DNA of 64,000 bases from an uncultured delta proteobacterium. Its GTDB lineage: Bacteria > Desulfobacterota > Desulfomonilia > UBA1062. The stretch lies in the NCBI GenBank assembly GCA_963785235.1, contig CAWAUM010000005.1:288001-352000 (forward strand), written 5' to 3'. Position 1 is the first letter of the stretch; each line of letters opens with the position of its first letter. The position numbers and the translations under genes are program-made. Below are positions 20,989 through 31,310 of this stretch, piece by piece. The notes under the pieces are model-generated. The model searched no databases. It saw only the letters and a program-made list of their open reading frames with translations, and was not told the DNA's origin.

Positions 20989-23746
20989 CTACTTATCCTG
21001 CTTTTTCAGTAAGAAGACCGTCATGGTCTGTATGGTCGTATAAATAATGACCAGGAAGACAAAGTTCCACACAAGCTCCGGAAAACCGATACCCTTGGTG
21101 TAGGTCCCTACGCTGATGTTCAGGAAATACCGGGCAGGGAAGATCCATGACATGAATTTGGCCCCGCCGATAAGGGTTGAGGCCGGGGTGGTCAGGCCTG
21201 AAAAATCGAAAGAAGGCACCAGGGTAATGACAAAGGCGGCCACCAGCGAGGCGATCTGGGTCTGGGTAAAGGTGGAGATCAGGAGACCTATGCCGGTGCT
21301 TGTAATGATATAGAGCATCGCCCCTAAAACCAGGGCCGAAGCACTGCCCTTGAAGGGGATATGGAACAGGAACCTGATCACGCCGACAAGTATCACAAAG
21401 GTTATGGCAGTAATCACGACATAGGGGATCTGCTTGCCCCAGAGAAATTCAAGCCTGGTCATGGGGCTGGAATAGAAATTTGTAATGGAACCCAACTCCT
21501 TTTCCCTTACTACCCCGATGGCCGTGAGCATGGAAGGAACCAGCATCAACACAACGGCCAGGAGCCCGGGAACAATGGAAAATTTGCTTTTTACCAGAGG
21601 GTTGTACCAGTACCGGGGCTGGACATTGGCGGATGAATACTCAACGGGTATCGGAGATAAATCGGCAAGGTCCAGGAGATAGGACAGATGAACGGCCTCT
21701 GCATAGTTCTTCGTCGTTTCGGCCCTGAAAGGCATGGTGCCGTCAATCCAGAGCGCCACAGAGGGGCACTTGCCTCTTCTTGATGTCTTTCTCGAATCCG
21801 GGCGGGATCTCGATGACCATCTTGAACTCGGCCTTTCTGAAAACCCTTTTCTATCTCGGAGGGAGAATGTATAGGCGCCTGCTCACTGAAGTACCGGGAA
21901 CCTGAGAAATACTCCAGATAGTCACGGCTCCACAGTTTCTGATCATAGTCCAGCGTAGAGAATTTGATGTTTTCGATATCGGTGGATATGCCGAAGCCGA
22001 AAACAATGAGAAGAAACGGGGAGACAATGAAATGAGGTTATGAGCCTGACAGGGTCACGGAGCAGTTCAATGGTCTCCCTCCTGGCCAGGGCAGCCAGCC
22101 GGAAGATATCGAAGAACCGGCCATGCTTGCGCACACGCTCAGGCGCGAGCATGAACGGGATGCTCTGTGTTTCGTCATCCTGTTCGGTGGTGGTGTTTCT
22201 GGCGATATCATCCTTCATGTAGGCGATGAAGGCCTCTTCGAGGCTGGAACAGCCGCGCATGCGTACAAGCTCATTGGGTGATTCGCAGGCAAGGACCCGT
22301 CCCATGCTCATGAGGGCAACCCTGTCACACCGGTAGGCCTCATTCATATAATGGGTAGTCACAAAGATCGTCACGCCGTGTTCCCGGGAGAGTTTTATGA
22401 GGAGCTCCCAGAAGTGGTCTCTGGCTACCGGATCGACGCCTGATGTAGGTTCGTCAAGGATCAGTATCTCGGGTTCATGGATGGCAGCCACAGCCAGAGA
22501 GAGGCGCTGGCGGATGCCCAGCGGCAGCCGTTCGGTCTGATCATCCATGACATCGTTCAGTCCGAACTGATCGGCCATTTCTTTCACTCGGGCCGGTACA
22601 TCGGCAGACGGCAGATCAAAGAGGTGCGCATGCATTTCCAGGTTCTGCCGGACGGTCAGCTCGCCATAGAGCGAAAAGGACTGCGACATATACCCGATAC
22701 GCTTCTTGAGCTCGATGCTTCCGGTTTCCAGAGAGCTGCCGAAGATATAGGCCTGGCCATGAGTCGGATGAAGGAGCCCGGTGAGCATCTTCATGGTCGT
22801 GGTCTTCCCGCAGCCGTTCGATCCGACAAAACCGAAGATCTCTCCCTTGGGTATGGTGAATGAGACATCGTCCACCGCAGTGAAGTCGCCGAACCGTTTG
22901 GTGAGATGGTTGGCCTCGATTGCCGAGCCGTCACCCGAGGGTATCCTGGCAGGGGTCGTGAAGCTCCGGTGCCCATAGCGCATCTCCTCTGGCAACATGG
23001 CGATGTATGCATCCTCTATGGTCGATTTCCCGGTCTTCTTCTTGATATCGTCAGGTGTTCCCGAGGCGAGGACCCGGCCGCCCTCCATCATGACCAGCCA
23101 GTCGAGATGCTCGGCCTCCTCCATGTATGCCGTGGCGATGAGGATACTCATGCCCGCATGATGGCTGCTCATATCCTTGACGAGTTCCCAGAACTGGCGC
23201 CGGGACAGTGGATCAACGCCGGTGGTGGGCTCGTCCATGATGAGCACATCAGGGTTGTGGATCAGGGCGCAGCACAGCCCCAGTTTCTGTTTCATGCCCC
23301 CTGAAAGCTGACCTGCAGGCCGGTGGGAAAAGGGGGCAAGGTTGGTGGCCTTGAGGAGCCGTTCAATCCGCTCTTTTCTCTCAGTGCGGGTGAACCCGAA
23401 GAGGCGTGCCGAAAAAATCCACATTTTCATATACCGAAAGGGTTGCATAGAGGTTCTGGCCGAGGCCTTGAGGGATGTAGGCTATCTCGGAACAGACCTC
23501 ATGGCGGTGGATACCTGAGCGCATATCTCCGTTCAGGACATGGACCGTGCCTGTCTGAATCTTTTTCTGGCCGGCTATGAGGCCAAGCAGGGTTGATTTT
23601 CCCACCCCATCCGGTCCGATGAAGCCCACCTGGCAACCGGCAGGGATATGGAGATCAATTGAATCAAGGGCAAGCTTTTTGCCGTAGCGATGCTTCACCC
23701 CTTCAATATGTGCGATGGTATCACGGCCGTTCATGCATGCATTCAC
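20989..23746 (-). CDS. rbbA: RbbA-like double-ATPase/permease ABC protein; several frameshifts
   Basis: [35 protein letters not shown]; permease segment [12 protein letters not shown]. Confidence 0.85.
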
Positions 23747-24715
23747 TTAAGGAGTTCCGGCCATTTTGCGGACGGATTCAGACGTATATATGCAACACCG
23801 GGCATTCCCGGCTTCAACCGGGGATCATCGTATTCCTGAAAACTGATTGTAACGCGGAAAACGAGCTTCTGACGTTCCTCTGCAGCCTCGACCTCTTTGG
23901 GTGTGAACTGCGCCTTTGCAGAGACATAGGCTACCCTTGAAAAAAATGGTTTATCCGGTATGGCATCGAGAACGACCTTTGCTTCACCGCCCAGGGGTAT
24001 TTCTCCGGCATGCCGTTCGGAAAGGTAGACATTCATGTAGATATCCGTAGGGTCAACAATGGTCAGTACCTTTCCTCCATTCGGCAGGACCTCGCCCGGT
24101 TCCGCAAGGCGGGACAGCACCGGTCCCTTGATGGGGCTCTTCAGCATGCAGTCATTGATTTCCGCCTTCAGTCTCTCTGTCTGGGCAATGGCTGCTTCAA
24201 TGGCAGCATCAGCCTCTGAAACGGAAGACTTTATTGCGGAATAATCAGCCTCCAGGGCCTGCTTGGTGGTCAGGTCCCGATCATATTGCTGTTGGGTCGA
24301 CAATGCCCTGTGCAAAGAGGTTCTTTGAACGTTCAAGCTCTTTTCCTGCAAGGTTACATCTGAGACGGAACCCCTCTACCTTGGAAAGGGCGGTCTGACG
24401 TGCCTGTTTCATCCGCCTGACCTCTGCGTCGGCCTGTCTGAGCTGGGCCTGAAGTGTTGTCGTGTCCATCTTTGCAACGACCTGGTCTTTGTCAACAAAA
24501 TCGCCCTCTTTTACAAGGACTTCTGCCAACCGGCCTGATAATTTTGTGGCAATATCGACCTCAGTGGCTTCAAGACGGCCGTTACCCTTCACAAAACCTT
24601 GCGGTATGGAATTTTTATCCTTGTTGAAAAAGAAGTAGAAGCCCAGAGCGCCAACCAGAATAAAAACAGCCCCAATTGCAATAACCCGTTTGAATACGTT
24701 ACCTTTGCTTGCCAT
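23743..24715 (-). CDS. HlyD-family membrane fusion protein (YhiI-like); frameshift near 24300
   Basis: [37 protein letters not shown]. Confidence 0.88.
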
Positions 24716-24794
24716 ACTCCCCCTTTTGTAAAACAGCACTTTTCATAGTCCGGCATGAACCATGTTCATGCCGGAGCAAACATCCATTAAGGCG

Positions 24795-25364
24795 CTACTG
24801 TTCTCTCTTTTTCAACCCGTTCACCAGGCAGTCCATGGAGCACTGGAAGGCCTTTTCGAATTCAGATCCCGCCAGACCGATACGGAAATAATGCATGGCT
24901 ACACCTTCAATGAGATCATATATGAACTCCGGGGCCAGATCATCCCTTACCAGGCCCATGTCCATACCGTTTCTGATAAAACGGAAAATGGATGCAATAA
25001 TATCCCTCTGCTTTGATCTGATCTTCATCTCAATGGAGGGATACTCGATATAGATTTTTGAAATAAAATTATTATTTTTCGTAAGATCGACAAATTTCTC
25101 TATCATCTTGTTCACAGCTGTCATGTAATCTTTCTCTTCTTGTACGATAAGATCGATATGCTCAAGGTCATGGGTCATTTTTGAGATAACGACCTGCTCC
25201 AACAACTGTTCTTTTGAGCCGATGATCTTGTAGAGGGTGTTCTTGGCAAGACCGGTCTCATGGGCGAGTAGGTCCATGTTCCATCCTTTAAGACCGTTTT
25301 TTATCAATAAATCACTGGTAGTCTGAATGATCCTCTTCCTGATAACCTCATTGCATATTTTCAT
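24795..25364 (-). CDS. TetR/AcrR family regulator
   Basis: N-terminal HTH LAHETGLAKNTLY..SKEQL, heading the efflux operon. Confidence 0.88.
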   Translation of the reverse strand: MKICNEVIRKRIIQTTSDLLIKNGLKGWNMDLLAHETGLAKNTLYKIIGSKEQLLEQVVISKMTHDLEHIDLIVQEEKDYMTAVNKMIEKFVDLTKNNNFISKIYIEYPSIEMKIRSKQRDIIASIFRFIRNGMDMGLVRDDLAPEFIYDLIEGVAMHYFRIGLAGSEFEKAFQCSMDCLVNGLKKREQ

Positions 25365-25558
25365 AGCATAACCTTATACCGAATGAACTGATGCAGTATA
25401 AATAAATTATTTGTGCTGTTGCGTCAAACAAAAGACAATAAAAGATAAAATTATATTTCAAATCCTGTCAGCAAAGAGGTTTTCTGGAAGAGGACAGTTG
25501 CAACACGGTTTTCCTCTATTATTATAATAACCTTAGACTGTATTCAGGTAAATGAAGG

Positions 25559-26881
25559 ATGAAACATATGTCTGATATTGTATTGGTGTATCCGTATGTA
25601 TATAAACATGCACGAAATTCAATGCTGTTCCACCCGTTGGGCATCGCGCAGCTGAGTGCTTTACTCCGACAGCGGGGCATGGATACCACGATTATTGATC
25701 TCACCTTCAGAAATACGGATAAAGCCCTTATGGAAATCTCCAAGATTAAGCCCAGGATAGTAGGTATCTATGTCATGCTCACCATGATCGACAACGCACT
25801 CTACCTGGCAAAAAAGATACGAGCCATGAGTCCCGAAACCCTCCTGGTTTGCGGCGGTCCCATGCCCACCCTTCGGCCGGAACAGTTTGACCGGGATTTC
25901 AACCTCATCTTCAGGGGTGAGTCCATTCTCTCCTTTCCCCTGTTTTGCACGGATTTCCTGGATGCCGCGGACATTTCAGACGTTATCAAGCATCATGAAC
26001 GTTATCCGGGAATCTACCTGCTTGACATGCACACCAACAAAGTCATCAAAGCACCTGAAAAAGCGACTGATGAAACGCTTATAAATCAATTGCCCATACC
26101 TGACAGGAGTGCCTTTGACCATGGCAGCTACCAGAAGTTCTGGCTGGAGAAAGATGGTGTTGCGCAAGCCAGCATAATGTCTACCTACGGCTGCCCTCAC
26201 AGTTGTGATTTCTGCGCAAAACCAGTTTTCGGCACAAATTATCGAAGGCGGGGCATAGACAGTATTTTTGAAGAAATCAATGATATCAAATCATTCGGAT
26301 ACGATGGTCTCTGGATAGCTGACGATTGTTTCACTTTGGACCTTAATCATGTAAGGGCGTTCTGTGAGAGAATGATCAAAGATGATCTGAGGATGAAGTG
26401 GACCTGCCTATCACGTACAGAGCCGATCCCCCTTGAAGATGTGAAACTCATGCAGCGAGCAGGATGTTCCAAGGTCTTTTTCGGATTGGAATCAGGAAGC
26501 AATGAAGTACTCAGGCTTATGAATAAACACAATACCATCGAGGCGGCGGAAAAGACGCTCGATCTCTTTACCAATAGCGGCATTGAGACAGCGGGCTTTT
26601 TCATGGTGGGTTATCCCGGGGAGACGCATGAAACTATCGAGGCAACATTTGCCTGGGCTTTAAAACTACCCCTGAAAGAGATATCTTTCACAATACCCTT
26701 TCCCCTTCCCGGTACAAAACTTTACGAAAAGGTATGCGGTATAAAGGACAATGAAGACTGGAGTTATGAGAATGAGAACCGCATTATCTACCAGTCTGAA
26801 TTCGATGAGGCATATCTCAATAAAAGAATTGAAGAGACCTATGTGCAATTCGCTCGTCGGCAAAGTTCGAATGCCTATTGA
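25559..26881 (+). CDS. Cobalamin-binding-domain radical SAM protein
   Basis: HPLGIAQL and GGPMPT B12 domain; CPHSCDFC; GLESGS; GYPGET. Confidence 0.92.
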   Translation: MKHMSDIVLVYPYVYKHARNSMLFHPLGIAQLSALLRQRGMDTTIIDLTFRNTDKALMEISKIKPRIVGIYVMLTMIDNALYLAKKIRAMSPETLLVCGGPMPTLRPEQFDRDFNLIFRGESILSFPLFCTDFLDAADISDVIKHHERYPGIYLLDMHTNKVIKAPEKATDETLINQLPIPDRSAFDHGSYQKFWLEKDGVAQASIMSTYGCPHSCDFCAKPVFGTNYRRRGIDSIFEEINDIKSFGYDGLWIADDCFTLDLNHVRAFCERMIKDDLRMKWTCLSRTEPIPLEDVKLMQRAGCSKVFFGLESGSNEVLRLMNKHNTIEAAEKTLDLFTNSGIETAGFFMVGYPGETHETIEATFAWALKLPLKEISFTIPFPLPGTKLYEKVCGIKDNEDWSYENENRIIYQSEFDEAYLNKRIEETYVQFARRQSSNAY

Positions 26882-26885
26882 ACCC

Positions 26886-27707
26886 ATGAATATGAAAGAC
26901 TCAATAGCACTAAAACTCTCGGATGATATTTCACTGATCCATGATGCATCAGTACACTGCGGCAAGACAACGGATATGGCAAAAGGCCTTTTTCTGTGCT
27001 GCAAGGGGAGACTATGTGCCGGAGAATCGGCCGGCATTGGCCTGCCGGTGTGGAAAACCAGGAACCATACAATCTTCCCCTCGCTCCTTTCAACCAAGGT
27101 AATCAGTGAGACTGCCATTGAAAAAGTATTTCAGATGGACCGGGTCCTTGTATGGCGTATTGCCGGCAGATATACCCCGGCATGGTTCAACATCTTTGTT
27201 GAAAGGCTTGTTGATGGGTTCATGAAAATACCTGCTATCCAGCATCGATTGCTGAAACTGCGCACTCTTGTCCTGTCATGCCTAGATATTCGAAGTTCCA
27301 TGGAGCCGGGACCAAGCAGAGGATTATGCCGTGTAGTTTATGAAGCAACCCCAAAAGGGTTCAAAGTGAAGATCGATGGCAGATTGATGATAGGGCCGGG
27401 CCGGCTGCTTATGCTCAATGAAGTGGACGGGGGCACTTTCGATCAGCTGAAATCAAATGATCATTCAGTACAGGACGTAGAGATACCTGCATGGAAGAAG
27501 GTTTCATTTAATACCATAGTGGCAAGCACGGCTCTTAATACCTGGTTCTCACTCACACCGTGCGCGTCCGAGGATAGCTCATCGTTTCATGTCTTCAGCG
27601 GAAGAGAGGTCGCTCCGGGACTGAACTGGGCTGGTCTCGCCATTACGAACCCCCATCACACGTTTACTTATATAGTGAATATCCAAACCGTAAAGACCGA
27701 TATATGA
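26886..27707 (+). CDS. Hypothetical protein coupled to the radical SAM gene
   Basis: About 273-codon ORF starting 4 bp after the radical SAM stop; family not recognised. Confidence 0.65.
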   Translation: MNMKDSIALKLSDDISLIHDASVHCGKTTDMAKGLFLCCKGRLCAGESAGIGLPVWKTRNHTIFPSLLSTKVISETAIEKVFQMDRVLVWRIAGRYTPAWFNIFVERLVDGFMKIPAIQHRLLKLRTLVLSCLDIRSSMEPGPSRGLCRVVYEATPKGFKVKIDGRLMIGPGRLLMLNEVDGGTFDQLKSNDHSVQDVEIPAWKKVSFNTIVASTALNTWFSLTPCASEDSSSFHVFSGREVAPGLNWAGLAITNPHHTFTYIVNIQTVKTDI

Positions 27708-27833
27708 AATGTCACCTGGGTTTTGACATGAGGCATCATTGTATGATTAATAAGGGTGATGCATCTTTTGGAGCTGTACTCCAGAGGTTTTTATGAAGAT
27801 TTTTAAGGTATCTGCAGTGAATCGGAGGTAATT

Positions 27834-28529
27834 GTGTCAGCTGATGAATATGTTTTTGTACCCGCTGAGCATGGTGGAAAGATATCTACGTTGGTATCTT
27901 TCCCCCAGAACTATGATGCATCAAAAAAACCTGCTGTGATCATTGCCCATGGCGCCGGCAATGACATGTTCAATCCTCTCATCACCCATATGGCCAATGT
28001 CCTGGAGCAGGCCAGTTATTTATGCATAAGATTCAACTTCCCCTACCGGGACAAGGGCAGGAGGAATCCTGACAGCGATGATGTACTAATGACCACCTGG
28101 TTAAACGTATACCAGTATTTTAAGAACCATCCGGCCTATCAACCGGAACGTATCGTAGTGGCGGGCAAATCCCTTGGCGGAAGAATCGCCAGTCAGGCCA
28201 TAGCAGCAGGGCTCCTGAATGCCTGTGGATTGATTCTGCTGGGGTATCCCCTCCACCCGCCCGGCAAGAAGGATATCCTGCGCGATGCACATCTCCATAA
28301 AATCGAAGTACCCATGCTCTTTGTTGAAGGCGGCCATGACCCTTTCTGCGACGTTGCCATCCTTAAGGATGTGCTCAGCCGGATAAAGGCTCCCTGGACG
28401 TTGGATGTTGTCGAAGGAGCGGATCATTCCTTCAAGATGCCTGCCGATTCTGGTGTGACCGAAGAACAGGTCTACGCAAGAATACTCGGGAAGACCCTGA
28501 GCTGGTTGGGAGATCTGAACAACCGGTGA
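27834..28529 (+). CDS. Alpha/beta hydrolase
   Basis: AHGAG, GKSLGGR, GYPLHPPGK, DPFC, DHSF. Confidence 0.9.
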   Translation: MSADEYVFVPAEHGGKISTLVSFPQNYDASKKPAVIIAHGAGNDMFNPLITHMANVLEQASYLCIRFNFPYRDKGRRNPDSDDVLMTTWLNVYQYFKNHPAYQPERIVVAGKSLGGRIASQAIAAGLLNACGLILLGYPLHPPGKKDILRDAHLHKIEVPMLFVEGGHDPFCDVAILKDVLSRIKAPWTLDVVEGADHSFKMPADSGVTEEQVYARILGKTLSWLGDLNNR

Positions 28530-28724
28530 TGAGCGGAAAAATCGAATACAGCTAAGATCACTGATCACTGTTTTCTTTAATCCCCATCTCTTTTTTGTGC
28601 TTTAACCCAATTCCTGACCCCTTTTTAAGAAAATGCCTTCTTCCATCTTACAGGTTATTTTCATGAAAATTTCCTTGATCCTTTACAGAATCAAGTGTAC
28701 CAATGGTTTAGAGGAAGGTGGGGT

Positions 28725-29528
28725 ATGAAGAAATCTGTCACGGTTCTGGATATCGTCGGCAAGAAAGGCAACCATCCTATCGTTATGGTTACCTCCTACG
28801 ATGCGACCATGACCCGCATTGTCGACGATGCCGATATTGATATCATCCTGGTGGGCGACTCTGCAGGCATGGTGATGGCAGGACTCGACAATACCTTGGG
28901 CGCTACCATGGACATGATGCTCCTTTTTGTAAAAAGCGTCACCAATGCCAAGCCCAAGGCCCTTGTCATTGCAGATATGCCTTTCCTCTCCTACCAGACC
29001 AGCGTCGCTGACGCTGTCCGAAATGCAGGCCGTTTTCTCCAGGAGGCGGGCGCCCAGGCAATAAAACTCGAAGGCGGGCAGCGGGTAATCGAGCAGGTAA
29101 AAGCCATTGTGAAGGCTGATATCCCCGTGATGGGTCACCTGGGGCTGACTCCGCAATCCATACATGCCTTCGGCGGCTACAAGGTGCAGGGCAGGGGAGA
29201 AGATGCGGCAAAGCTTCTTAAGGAAAATGCCCTCCTGCTTCAAGATGCAGGTGCATTCTCCCTTGTGCTTGAATGTGTCCCGACACTTGTAGCCAAAGAG
29301 GTATCACAAGCACTCTCCATACCCACCATAGGCATTGGAGCTGGGCCATATTGCGACGGCCAGGTACTGGTGATCCAGGACCTTCTGGGCATGAACAAAG
29401 AGTTTAAACCCAAGTTTGTGAAGCGCTATGCCGGCCTGTATGAAACAATCAAAGATGCGGTAAATGCCTATTCCAAAGAGGTGAGAAGCGGCGAGTTCCC
29501 GGATGAAGAACACTGTTTCAAAAGCTAG
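28725..29528 (+). CDS. panB: 3-methyl-2-oxobutanoate hydroxymethyltransferase
   Basis: LVGDS, ADMPF, KLEGG, GHLGLTPQS, IGIGAG. Confidence 0.97.
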   Translation: MKKSVTVLDIVGKKGNHPIVMVTSYDATMTRIVDDADIDIILVGDSAGMVMAGLDNTLGATMDMMLLFVKSVTNAKPKALVIADMPFLSYQTSVADAVRNAGRFLQEAGAQAIKLEGGQRVIEQVKAIVKADIPVMGHLGLTPQSIHAFGGYKVQGRGEDAAKLLKENALLLQDAGAFSLVLECVPTLVAKEVSQALSIPTIGIGAGPYCDGQVLVIQDLLGMNKEFKPKFVKRYAGLYETIKDAVNAYSKEVRSGEFPDEEHCFKS

Positions 29529-29540
29529 GAGTCAGTGAGA

Positions 29541-30383
29541 ATGGAACTCATCACTACGATCCCAGGCATAAAGAGCTATGTTAAGGGTATTAAACAACGT
29601 GGCGAGACCATCTGTCTCGTGCCTACCATGGGCTATCTCCATAAGGGTCACCTCGACCTCATGCGTTTGGGCAGGACCCTTGCGGACCATCTCGTTATCA
29701 GCATTTTTGTTAATCCCACCCAGTTCGGGATTGGTGAAGACCTGGCCAAATACCCCCGTGACCTGGAGAATGATAGAAAGCTCTCGGAAGGTGTCGGCGT
29801 GGAGTGCATATTCTTCCCTGATACACAGGAGATGTACCCGCAAGGGTATGCAACGTATGTGAATGTTGAAGGTATTACGGGCAAACTCTGTGGTCTTGCC
29901 AGGCCGAGCCATTTCCGAGGAGTAACCACAGTTGTTGCCAAGCTCTTCAATATCATCGAGCCTGATGTTGCAGTCTTTGGCCAAAAGGACTACCAGCAGC
30001 TCACGGTTATCAAGCACATGGTTGATGACCTCAACATGAATGTAAAGATCGTTGCTCATCCCACGGTCAGGGAAGAAGACGGCCTGGCTATGAGTTCGAG
30101 AAATAAGTATCTGAATTCCGAGCAACGCAGGAATGCACTTGTACTCAGCAAATCTTTACATAAGGCTCGTGAACTTGTGAAGAGCGGAGAGAAGGATGCT
30201 TCAAAGATAAGGCTGATGGCACTCGACATGATATCATCCACTCCCCAGGCTGTTGTAGACTATGTTGAGATTGTCCATCCAGATACCCTGGAATGTATTG
30301 ATCACATTGAAACACAGGCGATCATAGCGCTTGCTGTGAAAATTGGAACCACAAGACTTATCGACAATATGGAACTGAGATAG
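29541..30383 (+). CDS. panC: Pantoate-beta-alanine ligase
   Basis: VPTMGYLHKGH, FVNPTQF, FGQKDYQQ, AMSSRN, RLIDN. Confidence 0.97.
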   Translation: MELITTIPGIKSYVKGIKQRGETICLVPTMGYLHKGHLDLMRLGRTLADHLVISIFVNPTQFGIGEDLAKYPRDLENDRKLSEGVGVECIFFPDTQEMYPQGYATYVNVEGITGKLCGLARPSHFRGVTTVVAKLFNIIEPDVAVFGQKDYQQLTVIKHMVDDLNMNVKIVAHPTVREEDGLAMSSRNKYLNSEQRRNALVLSKSLHKARELVKSGEKDASKIRLMALDMISSTPQAVVDYVEIVHPDTLECIDHIETQAIIALAVKIGTTRLIDNMELR

Positions 30384-30508
30384 CTGTAAGCTTATAAAGA
30401 AATTAATGTTTCAGACACCTGTTGCCGAAGAATGTGATGGACACTTGCTTTCAGGAAGTGATATAGTCCTGGAAGCAGGAAAATACTTATTCTAGAGGGG
30501 GATGTAGT

Positions 30509-30790
30509 ATGACGAAGTCGGAATTGGTAGATGTAATTGCAAAGAAGACCAGCAAGTCAAAGGTAGCTTCGGCAACAGTGGTGGATGCCATCCTCGATGC
30601 CATCAAGGCGGCTCTCAAAAAGGGTGACAAGGTTACATTGGTAGGCTTCGGCACGTTTGAAGTTGCCAAGAGGGCTGCACGCGAAGGGATCAACCCGCGC
30701 ACCCAGAAAAAGATCAAGATCAAGGCCAGCAAGGTTCCTCGCTTTAAGGCAGGCAAGGCACTGAAAGAAGTCGTCAACAAAGGCAGATAA
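30509..30790 (+). CDS. hup: HU family DNA-binding protein
   Basis: MTKSELV, GFGTF, GINPRT, PRFKAGKALKE. Confidence 0.96.
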   Translation: MTKSELVDVIAKKTSKSKVASATVVDAILDAIKAALKKGDKVTLVGFGTFEVAKRAAREGINPRTQKKIKIKASKVPRFKAGKALKEVVNKGR

Positions 30791-30808
30791 CAACTTCGCC
30801 GAGAAAAG

Positions 30809-30877
30809 GGAGGCGTTTCATCTTTGCTGAGCGGGGTTTTTTTCCGCTCAGAGAAGTGAAACGCCTCCTTGTTTTTT
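30809..30877. terminator. Long hairpin, probable (bidirectional) intrinsic terminator
   Basis: GGAGGCGTTTCA/TGAAACGCCTCC outer stem, CTGAGCGG/CCGCTCAG inner stem, T-run after; lies between convergent genes. Confidence 0.75.
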
Positions 30878-30907
30878 CAAGAGAAAAATCCTTGATTAAT
30901 TCAGCAT

Positions 30908-31309
30908 TCAACCAGGCTTTGAAAAACCAAGTTCCTGAAGGGCCTTGAGGAGTGCATCTTTACGAAATGGTTTGATAATGATCGCATCGCACATGGAAGT
31001 AATGTCGACATATTCTGTCTCAATATTGCTTAAACCCGTAGCCATGATGACCTTTACCCGTTCACCTTGTGAAATACCGCGTTCTTTCTCGATAGCCCTG
31101 ATTCGGGTCAGTGCTGCATGACCATCTATTTCAGGCATCATGAAGTCCATGCAGATCAGGTTGTATGGTGTACCCTGATTGAGCATGGAGCAAAAGGAAT
31201 CTATCGCTTCATTGCCGTTATAGCACAAATCAACATCTCCAAAAGGTGACAGGATCCTTTGCAGGATGATCCTGCTTGTTAATTCGTCCTCAACAATGAG
31301 TGCCTTCAT
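30908..31309 (-). CDS. Single-domain response regulator
   Basis: LIVEDE, MDFMMPEIDG, KPF; starts 1 bp after the kinase stop. Confidence 0.92.
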   Translation of the reverse strand: MKALIVEDELTSRIILQRILSPFGDVDLCYNGNEAIDSFCSMLNQGTPYNLICMDFMMPEIDGHAALTRIRAIEKERGISQGERVKVIMATGLSNIETEYVDITSMCDAIIIKPFRKDALLKALQELGFSKPG

Positions 31310-31310
31310 T

